A stretch of DNA of 64,000 nt from Setoptus koraiensis (lineage: Eukaryota > Animalia > Arthropoda), in contig CM106585.1 in the NCBI GenBank assembly GCA_048013815.1, forward strand, positions 4,278,001 through 4,342,000, given 5' to 3'. Shown piece after piece: positions 1-11,120 of this stretch. Position numbers and translations under genes: made by a program. How positions within the stretch are numbered: position 1 is the first letter of the stretch; each line of letters opens with the position of its first letter. The notes under the pieces were generated by a model that had not been told where the DNA came from, ran no database searches, and saw nothing but the letters and a program-made list of their open reading frames with translations.

Positions 1-794
1 GCCGCGCAAGCGAGACACTGGCTGCTGTCGTCGATAGACAGGCGCCGTCACAGGGTTTATTTAGTGGAGTTTTGTTGCCGGCGCCCACTACTCGCAAGTT
101 TAGCAGTTCTACTTGACACACAATCGACGTTGGAAAGTTCAACAAGGGCTTCAATCAACATTATTTGCATATTATCTTATCTCCATTTTCGAACCGGCAG
201 CTCCATTTCGACGAGAGGCAGGCACGGCAAGCACCAACGAAGCCAGCGATACAACGATATGGCCATGCAACGATATGGCCATATAACGGTATAGCCAGCG
301 AAAGAGAGATCCCTCTGAGATGGGGCCTTTTGTGGCCACTGTCACTGGCACACAATTGTCGACCTGTGCTATTGGCTGCCGAGGCCCGGATTGCCCTTTG
401 GGCCTCGGCAAGAAATATCCGACAGTCTCAGGCTGAGACTCTCAGGCTAAGATAGTCGGAGGGCTGGCCTAATTTATTCCATCCATTTGTATTGCCCCCC
501 CCCCCCACCGCCCCAATTCACCGACAACCGAGCAAACAGCTGACAAACCAGACAAATCTGTCGGTCTGGCCAGCATAATACTTATACAATACTTGTCAAG
601 CGCGCCACCGACACAACACTGATTTTATACGACATAAATGATAATAACCTGGTTCAATTCTCGATTCGATGTTCATTCGTTGGCAAGCTTCCAGTCGTGA
701 ATGTTACGCCGTCTCCAATGATTGGATACTCCAACGATTGGAGTCAAATGATTGGAGACGACACAGGTAGAATTGCGTGTCGGTAGGTTGCCAT

Positions 795-1283
795 TTAACC
801 GTCGACGAGCCTGTCACAGCAGCCAAACAACTTGTTTTTGTTGATTGCAACGACGGCTTTTTGCAACATTTTCATGTTATTCAATACGTTGTCTGGCAGT
901 TGTTTGTTTATGTTCATTCATTCATAGTTGCCTGTTGGTTTCTAATGATTTGCACACCATCAATTAATAATAAATAAAAAATAATCGTCGACTCCAAAAC
1001 TGAAACTACAACTAATTTGCAGTGCACCCCTGCCACAACCATTTGATTTACGGTGAGCGAGCTCGAAGGGCGACAAAAACTTTGTTAGTCGATCCAAATT
1101 GAAGATTGTGTTTGATGAACACTGTAACTCACAGACTGTGAGCGGCCGGTTAAAAAACGCATTGACGTCACCCACTGAATTGCGACAAGACAACTGCTGC
1201 CGCTAGCAAGTCATTCAAAACTTACTGCTGGTTAGCTCAATCGGTTGGCTCGTTGTCGACGATGTTACATAATTGAGACGAGA
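795..1283 (-). CDS. Putative spliced fragment of a small unknown protein (exons 1283-1226, 1174-1133, 892-795)
   Basis: Two strong donors (GTAAGT, GTGAGT) with phase-consistent AG acceptors give ...SQPIELTSMGDVNAFFNRPLTVYNVLNNMKMLQKAVVAINKNKLFGCCDRLVDG*; no family recognised. Confidence 0.25.
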
Positions 1284-2316
1284 CTAGCTCAACTAGAACA
1301 GGCATTTGTGCTCGCTATTGGCTGACTGGCTGGCTGGCTGCGTTTCTTATTGGGTATGAGTCGTAGTCGTTGTCGGCTGCCAATAATTAACAAGTGAAAC
1401 GGGCGAGAATTTCGTTGTCACGTAACATGTTAAAGAAGATGGATTTTGACACGCAGCAATATTTCACTTGATTATCGCCCTGAGATGGGGGATCTCTCGT
1501 CGTTAGATCAGCAATGAAGCGATCATCCATCAATCGAGGCATAGAGCGACGCAGAGAGAGACGCAGAGAGAAAGAGATAATTTACGCTTGCTCGGCTGGC
1601 ATTAGGTGAGCGCCAGTCTCGCTCGCCTTGAGACGGCTCAGCCAGATAGACTTAATATGGCAGTTAATTGAATTGGTGGCAGGACGTGCCAGGCCCCCGG
1701 CTCGGCATTGACGATGCTCTGGGTGCTTGCAAACAGAAGAAAGAGACACAACCTCACTGGGGCCCGCTCAAATTAATATGAGCCAACGCGCCAGCCTGTG
1801 CAGCGGCATGGGCGGCCCACTGGCCCACTGGCCCACTGGCCCCCTGGCCCCTTGGCCCGCATACGTAGTGTAGCGTGAGCCAGCATATGGACCAGCGTGT
1901 GAGTGTAAATAGCGCAAAGTGGCTCCAATTACAATCAATGGCAAACTGACAAGATGAAGAAGAATAGGGAGGAAAAGATTATATCGAGAGGCCGGCTAAA
2001 CGAAAGAGATAACGAATGGATTGGTTAACATAAATTGTTATTATGGCGCTAATGAGAGGGCACGTTGTTGGCCGAAAGGCAGCGCCAATTATCTGCCCAG
2101 TTGCTGGTAATCATCTATATCTCTGAGCATCTCAATTGCGACTCTCGCTCTCATCTCTATCTCTGTCGAAGGTCAATTTTGCCGGAAGCAAAGTGAGCTG
2201 TTACGTGTGTGCTAACTGTGATTTTTATTTGAACTGCATTGGATTCGAGTCTGGCTTGCTGATGCGCTTGTGGTCCGTTCCAAGTGGGGCCTCGATTGGC
2301 CAATTGGCTCAACGGA

Positions 2317-2948
2317 TCACTTGTATGCCTCGAAAATCTCGGTGCACTTGTGCACGTATTTCCGCATGGCTTCGGATCTGCTGAGGCCCTTCAGTTGTTC
2401 CCAGGCGCGGCAATTTTCGAAAATGGGCCCAGATCGGTCGGAATCTACACATAGTGACGTTAGTAAAAATGGTGATATCGTGCGAAATAAAATCAATCGA
2501 TTAGATCGAGTCGGGCGAGTTGCAAGTGTTTCGTTGGTCTCTGTCGCTGGAATGCTCATTATTCACAATCATTCGCAAGTATTCACGAGTATTCACAGAA
2601 GGATAAACTCACACTCGAAACTAATGTCGCCAAAGGTGGCCTGTTTAAATAGGCCGCAAATCTCCGCTTGGTCCTTGCTGGGCACTTTGTCCAGATCCAT
2701 GTGACGGTATTGCTCGCCTAACGGTTGGCAATTGAGATCGGCGATTGGACGAAAAGAAGATGAGTTTTGATATTATGAAAAGGATTTGCATTGCGTCGCG
2801 ATCATTAGTTGCGATCATTGGTCGCGATTATTGGTCGCGATTTGTGATTATTATCGATTCAGTATGCGCCTGAAATTGTCTAAACAGTCACTGTACCTGC
2901 CACTATGAAGTCCCAGCCCGTTTCGAAGCATCGTCGGTCGAACGACAT
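2317..2948 (-). CDS. Acyl-CoA-binding protein family member, divergent, 94 aa (exons 2948-2897, 2717-2613, 2444-2317)
   Basis: Spliced product MSFDRRCFETGWDFIVAGEQYRHMDLDKVPSKDQAEICGLFKQATFGDISFEYSDRSGPIFENCRAWEQLKGLSRSEAMRKYVHKCTEIFEAYK has ACBP motifs KQATxGD and AWxxLKGxSxxEAMxxY; GT-AG introns, total length divisible by 3. Confidence 0.85.
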
Positions 2949-3989
2949 TGCAATTATTGAAATAATACGTTGGGGCCCCTTTTGATATCTATGCGTTTGT
3001 CGTATAATATTTACTGTGTACTTCACTGCTGCGATGTGTCTGCCGGTCGAGTAATGTCTCTCTCTCTCTCTCTCTCTCTTTATCATTCGAGTGCCATTAT
3101 TAAAGTCTTGCTATTAAGGGCTCGCTATTTGCGTTATTACAATTATCTGTTCGCCGGTTGGGTTGGACGCTGAAAAGTGAGCACTTTCGATGAAAGGGCT
3201 CACTCAGTCGGGGATTAAAGATGACATAAGCGGCAGTGGCGCCGGCGCCATAATCCGGCTTCTCGTGCTGCCAATTGAATTGGAGGCAAAGTTGTTTGAG
3301 CAAGATAGATGGCGACAACGCGACGACGAAGGAGATGTTTGGCGCGATAAACGACGACGACCAGACCGAGTATTCATTCGACATCGAGCGGCAACAGCAG
3401 CGAGTCGCTCGCAGCAAAAACTTGATTCACCTAGGCGTAAAAGTGAATCAAGTGCTGTTATGTAAGCACTGCCTACTTTCGTTCTTTATTTATATCTTGT
3501 GTTTATCTGCGCCGCTCGCCCAAGTTAAGATTATTAACATAAATGGCGAACAAAGAATTGACTGCCAGTTATCTCGACTAACTGAGTTGGCGCGACAGTT
3601 TGTTGTTACGCCTCCGTCGCGATGCATCGCAATATAAATTTATCCGCGTATGTTGCCAGCAATTGCGACGAATTGCGATATGTTGCGATATATTCCGAGC
3701 AATTGCGATAGAGGGCCGAGCGAGCAGGTTTTGTTGTATCAGCGGGGCGAATCCGCGCTCGAATAGCTGGCCGGCAAGTTGCAGAAAATTTCGGGCCATT
3801 TTGGGGTCGTTAGTCCGGTACCGATCGTGCGATATAAGTGTGCCTACTCTCCCTCTCTCTCTCTCTCAATATATACACCATGATATAATATATATATATA
3901 TCTCGTCGCTCTAAACCAATCGCCCAAACCACTTCTATCTGACTCAACTCGCAATTTATCGGCGCGCCGCCCGAACCGAAAACCGTTAG

Positions 3990-5685
3990 CCGCTGGCGAG
4001 CGACCTCCGCGCGGATTTTGCGGCAATATTGAGCTAATGGCCCAAAGTGACCCTATATGCTTGAATTACATGGCCAGCGGCGTCGCCAGCGCGGCCAGTG
4101 GCGCCGGTCCGCACAATTCACTCGTTTATTATAGATTGCAAACGGTGGGCGATAGACTGGATAATTTAGAGACACTGACCATAAATCAATTACTGAGCCA
4201 CAGTTTAAAGAGGACACTGTTGGGGCCGCCGAGGAGCGCGCCCAGTTTCGCGCCGGCCGACACTGGCCGCAACAATGGCCCGACGCAATCCAGCGCCCAG
4301 CGCGACCATTACGGCTTGACAAATGAGGGCGCCGGTGGTGCCACCTCGCGGTCGGCCAGCTCACGACAAGGGAGCCCGAGGCAGCGGACACCGCCGGGCA
4401 GCGGCGACTCATCGGGCAGCGGCGACTCATCGGGCAGCGGCGACTCATCGGGCAGCGGCGATTCGCCGGGCAACAGCGAGAAAAATTTATTTTCTGATAA
4501 AATTAAACAATTCAGCGACAACCACAACAACAGCGGCTCGGCCATAGATACGCTCAGTGTTTATTTGCACGAGCACAGTTACTGCGGCGAGGCCATCATG
4601 ACGTACTTGTGCCGTTTTCTCTATCCAAATTGCCACTATAGCGCCACAAAACACGATCCAGTGCCCCTGGTGCGCCCCTCTTGTCGCCAAGATTGTATCC
4701 TGTTACGCGACACGTATTGCGCCCGAGTGCCCTGGTCAGTTGTAATTGGCGGTCTGTTGGAGGCGTTAAATTTAACTCTGCACGAGCGCGTCTTACCGAT
4801 CGATATTTTGGCCGAGGCCAACGACGACAGCGACAGTGCGCCAGCCCAACAACAGCAACAACAACAGCAACAACAACAGCGACAATTGGAAAAAGTCAAG
4901 CCCATTCCATCGAGCGAGTCTAATCACTATTACTGGCCACACGAGAAATCGTTTCTAGAGTGTGATAGCCTGCCGTTGTCCACTGGCCATAATTACATAA
5001 CGGCGCCATCAACAAACACACCAAACAAGAGCAGACGCAAAAGATCGTGGCCAATTTGCTCTGACGCGCAACTCGCCAACGGCATCGCCACGAACCCGCG
5101 AGCTGGCCCACATAAGTCCGCCGGCGACATTCAAACCGGCGACAATGAAACCGGCGCATCAGTTGATATGCTCGTATCAGGTGAGCTGAGCCGTCGCAGC
5201 GGGGCCCAATCCAAACTTGAACGATCCGTCGACATCGAAGAATGTCGACGGGGCCGCGGTGGCACCTACATGGGACAAGTGTCGCACACTAGATCGGGCA
5301 AACCGTGTCAATCGTGGAACAGCCAGTGGCCCCATCAACACAATTCTCAGTGAGTACAACAACATCAGCTTGTAAAAGAACTCGTCACACTGACTACCAA
5401 GTCTGGCTGGCGGCAAGAGCGGCTTAAACTAATAGATAAATCCAATCATCTGACTAACCGAACTAATCTCTTTCCATGCTTTCGTTAATATAATTAATAT
5501 GCACACATACATTAATTATATCCCCATATATATTAATTAGAGGCGAGCTTATGTTCAATGAAATGACTCTGGTGGACGCAGCCAATTTTTGCAGAAATCC
5601 CGGCTCGCTCGAACTGTTACCTTGGTGTTATACGCGCGATCCATTGACACGATGGGAGTATTGTGATATACAAGAGTGTAATTGA
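3990..5685 (+). CDS. Frizzled-CRD + kringle protein (ROR/Nrk-ectodomain-like); exons ~3990-5349 and 5541-5685, first exon unresolved
   Basis: GFC...[36 protein letters not shown] match a Fz/[25 protein letters not shown] spliced (CA|GTGAGT..TTAG|A) to [33 protein letters not shown] gives a complete six-Cys kringle. Confidence 0.8.
4397..4468 (+). repeat. Coding 18-bp tandem repeat x4 (GSGDSS)
   Basis: GGCAGCGGCGACTCATCG x3 plus one variant, inside the CRD insertion. Confidence 0.95.
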
Positions 5686-5917
5686 TTTTTGTGTTTAAAT
5701 GTTACATCCAAGTTGGACGCTACGACAACAACATCACTGTAAAATATGCCCGCTTTGGCCAAATACAATGTGCATGTAAATAAATAACTGTTACTTAATG
5801 ATCGGGGAGCATCGAATTAGAAATATACGTTTTTTGATTTCCTTGCAATAATAACACTAAATTTTTCCATCCTTTAATATGACCGGGCTAGCAATCATGA
5901 CTAAGATAACATGAAAA

Positions 5918-6850
5918 TCAGGATGATATTTCGATTTTTAAGATTTTTTTTTTCTTATTGTCTCTATCAATTTTATGTTTCCGGGGATCTTGCTCGTTCA
6001 CCGTCTGCGTCAATTCCGCGCTACAGCCTCTCGGTGAGGTTGACGAACATAGTTGATTATCACTCACCAATCATCTAGCGCAACAACAAGAGAGTTGAGA
6101 ATAAACTCTCCTGAATCTGTGCGTTTCGAAAAATCTTCTATGGTGGATTGTCGGAATCTAGCATAATTCGATAATCTAGAACAGGCCCAGTTATGGACAG
6201 TTGGAAGTGCCCCGTCCACTAGCAAAACCAGGTTTGTCTGCTTTTGTTGTATTTATCCGTCTAGGCGATTCGATCAAATTTTCTTCGAATTGTTTTTCTC
6301 GCGAAAGACTGCAAATTTAAACTGGAGTAACACTACAATTATCGTTTAATTGACGGCCTACTTACGATGACATTAGAAGCAAGTCGATGACATGGACGAC
6401 CGAAAGTTTTTACTTTTTGTTCAATATGCCTGACCCAATAGCGTACCAATAATGAATTCACTACTTCGCCCTGGCCTACTTCGTAGGCTCGCCAGGATAG
6501 AATTGAGCCAGAATGGCGCGATTATATCGATATTCCACTGCACAGAATCACTGGCTAGCTTTTGAATGCAATCGATTGCAACAAAGATAATATGGCGCCA
6601 GATGGAGGCCCGCTGGGTTAGATGACTGAGTGTCGAACGACTGATTGTTGTGTCGCATATGGATATATTAAATAGGCTTAAAGTATAGACACATAACACA
6701 TAATACGATTGACGCAGAGTGAGGCCCCAATTCACGCGCGCACAATTTGTTTCAATCCACAATTGTTTTTTATGAAAGACAACACCAATGTAATATCCGA
6801 GCATAATCCGATCTGACGCATCTAGGCAATAGCGGACCTCTGCTGCCAGC
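5918..6850 (-). CDS. Putative multi-exon gene of unknown function (3' exons ..-6366, 6237-6068, 6020-5918; 5' part unresolved)
   Basis: Donors GTAAGT (6365) and GTGAGT (6067) with phase-matched acceptors give ...LLVRYWVRHIEQKVKTFGRPCHRLASNVITNLVLLVDGALPTVHNWACSRLSNYARF...LVVALDDCAELTQTVNEQDPRKHKIDRDNKKKKILKIEISS*. Confidence 0.4.
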
Positions 6851-8190
6851 TAAGAGTTACGTGAGTCTCTAATTTCGTTGGGTAGCGGCTCGATGGGCGA
6901 TAACATGTTGTTTGTGTTGCTATCTAACTGTTGTCGCCGACAAACAGTCAGACAACTAGCATAACATTACTAACAATCCGGTGTCTGATTATTCACGCAC
7001 AACATTATGTCAATCTCGATACCAATTAGAGCTGGTTTATCTTGAAGTTTGACACCAGAGAAATAATAAATACTTAACTTGATAAATCACTATCATATTA
7101 CCACCACTGTGAGAGTTCTGTGGAACCCTCCAGAGGCTTATAAATGATTTTGGAGGCTTATGGATGATTTCAGGGGCTTGTGAATGATGAAAAAAAGTTG
7201 TTCGGCTATCCATGCGAAAAATGCAATCATTCATTGGCGCACTAATCGAATAACTTAAGCTTACCTGTTCAATTAGTAACTATGTATAAAACTATTACAT
7301 GTAAAATGCAGAAATCACACAGAAAATTGTTACTTGTAAATTGTTATTTGATCTGGGCTGACTGCTACGAATGCATCGACGATAATTGCACTGTTTTCCG
7401 CTTAGCTGATTTGTCCATGTTTCAAGGTGTGTTCTCAAGCAATAACACTCACTTTTATTTGTTAGGGGCTATCACTAGCTCTGTGACCATTGTATCTGAT
7501 TGATAGAATACCTATATAGTAGTTGTTATTAGCTTAAGACTACACTTGAATCATAGAAATTATTGTGTCCATTGATTGAATAATAATGATTAAGTTAATA
7601 ATAACAATTCCGACGCTTCAACTGGTACTGCGAATCTTCATGAAACTTGCCAAGTCGATGAATGAAACACTTTTTCGGGGCAGACTTTTCGTTACAAGCT
7701 GTTGTTTGATCTTTGATGACACGACGAAAGGCAGCAACAACAACAACAACATGTTCACCCGGTGAAAAAGAATAGTCGAGTCAGCTCGAAGCGTGTAACT
7801 TATGCAATAACTATCTGGCGAAGAATTGGCCTTAATTGCCATCGAATGCTGATAAATGATTGCTTAACTGGATCGTAGTTGGGCGCTTGCGCAACAACCA
7901 ACCAGATGGTTAGTGCATTAAGTACATTCATGTAATACGAACCGCACCAGATTGTTCGTTGTGAGCCTATTAACTGTGATAATCAATCACCCTGTTTTAT
8001 TGTTATTAAGCCGGCATTGTTTCGCAAAAAATCGCTAAAAAATAGTCAAAATGAAAATACTCCGAAGAGTTTTGCAAATGAGTGTATGACAACAGTGAAA
8101 TTTTTTCATTTATTTAGTGCTTATTGTGGGCAAAATTGCAGCATATCTGCAGATATTAGTCAGGTATTTATTGCTTTGTTTAACTCGTTG

Positions 8191-9681
8191 TCAGTATTCG
8201 ACATGCACCAATCGATACAAGGTCTCCATTTGGCCGAGATTGTTCAATTTTCTAGTCAGACAACGATAGTAGCCATTGTCGTAGGGAGATTTGAAATTGT
8301 CAATTGTCAAAGTGTGCCCATGGCCATCGTTTAATGTTGTCATGTCCTGCGCCCTGAATCTCAGATCGTTGTCAACTATAACGTCTCGCAACTGGCACGG
8401 CTCCGAGGCACAATGCTGAGGCAAGTTCACGCTGACCCCGTTGGAGGTCCAAATCAGTTTGGTCCATTCGACTCGCTGAATATTTGAATGAAACGAAAAC
8501 ATGTACGATGCTTGCATAAATATATATAGCTAACAGTTTTATCAGCAGTAAACCAGCCCAGACAGATTAGAACTCAACTTGATCGACCAGAAATACCTAC
8601 CGATGTGGGCATCGTTGGCTGGTACAACGACTCGTCGGAGTTAAACTGACACATGAGACGAACGGCGCCTGTAAACATTCTCTCCGCTGTGCCCGAACCC
8701 AGAAAACGCGCTTGGGGCGCCGATGCTGCCATCATACTCGAGTACCACGGATAAATGGGTCCAATTTGGATGGCGCTGATGGTGCACGTCATTGTGAAAG
8801 ATGGCAACGTATTCAAATGCAATAAATATGACAATATAATTCAAATATCCACACATAGCTAAGAAAAGGATCATTTATGCACAACTAAGCACAAATAGCT
8901 GGGCAAAGGGAGCTTTTGGCAAGAAAGTGATTTGCGGACCGGTCAATGCGTCTTTGTATATCAACGTGAACTCACCAATTAACTAGTGACGAGCGCATAA
9001 TCAATACAACAACAGCTTGCCTGATAACACCGCGAATATCTCACCTTTTCTGATAAGCCGTCGGACCCACCAACAAGGGCGCGTTCATTTTTGTTGAAAA
9101 CAAAATATTGTGAGGCTCAGATTGCTGTTGGTTGGCATAATCCATGGGATAACTGTAACCGTAACCCAATCTCTGCTTGAAATAGCTCTTTATAGTGGGC
9201 CGAACAACATAGGTTCCGTCTCTTCTCCACCAATTCCACCATCGGCCTAATTGGCCTATTTGACCGGTTTCCGATCCGTGGTTGCTGTTTGTTGGTGTGG
9301 TGAGATTCATTTGATTAATATTTGCTACCACGGGCCAGTTGTTTATAACAGTGGCATTATATCTTCATAATCATCGTTATAATCATGCTGGTATGTGTCC
9401 ATCAACACCGTCACTCACCTGATTTGGCTCAAATAGTCAGCGGGACCGTAATGTATGGTCTGTTCGTTGGGGTTACCTGATACCATTGACTGTAATTTGC
9501 TTGCTAAATTGTTGCCAGCTTGCACGAGACAATTGGCCAGACCTGCATCGATGGGCTTGAAGTTGTGATTGAATATTACAGCCGAGGCGAGAATTGCCCA
9601 CAAGTTCAGAGAGGAATCGCCGAACGGTAACAGTATCTTTCTTCTATCATTGTGACGAGATATCAATCTTGACTTGCACAT
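8191..9681 (-). CDS. Probable secreted single-Ig-domain protein, multi-exon (9681-9419, ~9350-9044, ~8830-8601, 8475-8191; one junction unresolved)
   Basis: VRLMC spliced (TCG|GTAGGT..TTCAG|CGA) to RVEW..., HTLTIDNF, DNGYYRC = Ig B, C, E and F strands; stop followed closely by AATAAA; hydrophobic LWAILASAVIF in first exon. Confidence 0.6.
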
Positions 9682-10341
9682 GATGGTAAAAAGTTAGATT
9701 GGGTTTTCAATTTCTCTATTTGGTTGGCATACAAACACAAAATGTTCGTTGTTGCTGATATAATTTATTGAAGATTATCACCTTAACCAAAAAGTTTACT
9801 ACTGCTATGACAGATTGCGTCATATTTATTTCGTTTGTCACTCGAATACTAGAGAGCAATAGCTTATAACAAATAGTTTAAAGGTTAGTTTGTAATACAT
9901 CCAAAATTGAACTCTCTTTCTTTCAACTCTGTGAACTCTATGACACAAAAACAAACATTGGACACGTTATTTGCGAACAAAACTGTGAAACAAAAACTAT
10001 TCACTCTTGTCAACACACAAATTGAAAACAAACAAACAAAGAATTGTTTCATCAAAGAAATCAGATTGGCCCCACATTAGTGTTAATGAGTGACTGAAAG
10101 GTGATGCGTATTTCATTGTCGTACATGATTGGACAGGTCTACGCTTGAAAAGAGAAAGGTTGCGCTGTGTTGATCTAGGTTCCAAATGAACAAGTGAGCA
10201 GACGGCACGAAAGGTATGCAATCTCTAGCAATAACACGGTTGATAAAGTTTTAACAAGTTTTTTTCATATTTTAATTCAAACAAAATCAAGCCTGTCACA
10301 CGACGCTTGCTAATATAAACTCACTATGCTCGCTAAATTAG

Positions 10342-11001
10342 TTGATATTATTAATAGCTAGACTCTCCATCCAGATGGCGATGAATTTGATACAAAAGTC
10401 AGCTCTTCTGACTCATGAGCTTATGCCTAGACAGCTAAATCACCCGTTGAGTGTGCGTACTTTTGAAACTTTTTTCATAGAACTGATGGGAGTCGGTAAG
10501 CGAGAAAATTTGTCGAAATGTAGCTGTTCTCTTTGTTGGCTGTCAGAGTGGATTTCCACCCATACAACGAATGCATTGAAAAGAGAAAACGATTTTCGGA
10601 TTTTATTTGCACTCGTGCAAACTTTCTCTCAATGGTTCATCCGACCGGTTTTGAATGTGTCAAATGTAGACGGCACAGTTCAACTGCTGCCTCCATTTGA
10701 CTGCTCTGCAACTTTCGCTTTCGGAACACAGATCTCCCTGTCAGAGCATTTACACGATTTGAGGTCTAGGTTGAAATGTTGCTCTCTACATTATCAAGAG
10801 ATGCTGTCTGAAAAAAATGCAGAGCAGAATACATTTTTCCCACGATCCAAATTCAACACAGCCAAATCACTCGCGCGGATTTCCGCAAAAAGTTTTGAAT
10901 TTGAAAATTCGCGCCAAACTCGAGTATCACCTGTTTGTTTTTTGCTCATTGTCTGTCACACTATGACAGCGATTGTATGTTCCCAAGTCTTGCCAATCTA
11001 G
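10342..11001 (+). CDS. Possible spliced gene of unknown function within a 219-codon open frame
   Basis: Long open frame in AT-rich DNA containing an in-frame 51-nt GTAAGC..GTCAG intron candidate (10496-10546); no family recognised, strand uncertain. Confidence 0.25.
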   Translation: MILLIARLSIQMAMNLIQKSALLTHELMPRQLNHPLSVRTFETFFIELMGVGKRENLSKCSCSLCWLSEWISTHTTNALKRENDFRILFALVQTFSQWFIRPVLNVSNVDGTVQLLPPFDCSATFAFGTQISLSEHLHDLRSRLKCCSLHYQEMLSEKNAEQNTFFPRSKFNTAKSLARISAKSFEFENSRQTRVSPVCFLLIVCHTMTAIVCSQVLPI

Positions 11002-11120
11002 GATAAAATGTGTTCTATTGAGGCAAAAAGATCTATTATTAATATTATTTTTTATTATTATAAATAAAGTATTTATTTGAATTATCTTCGAGCATTTTAA
11101 TATAATAATACTCTGCCACA

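Noticed and set aside
1133-1174. GDVN exon as a second ACBP paralogue
   Set aside because: Flanking exons lack KQAT and AW..LKG motifs; the similarity is only four residues
3190-3637. First exon of the CRD-kringle gene
   Set aside because: Two frames are each partly plausible (one with a phase-1 donor, one with a hydrophobic segment); could not choose between them
10830-10950. Minus-strand MSKKQTGDTRVWREFSNSKLFAEIR as a Nup88-like N-terminus divergent from SCFD1
   Set aside because: All frames stop shortly downstream and no workable intron was found
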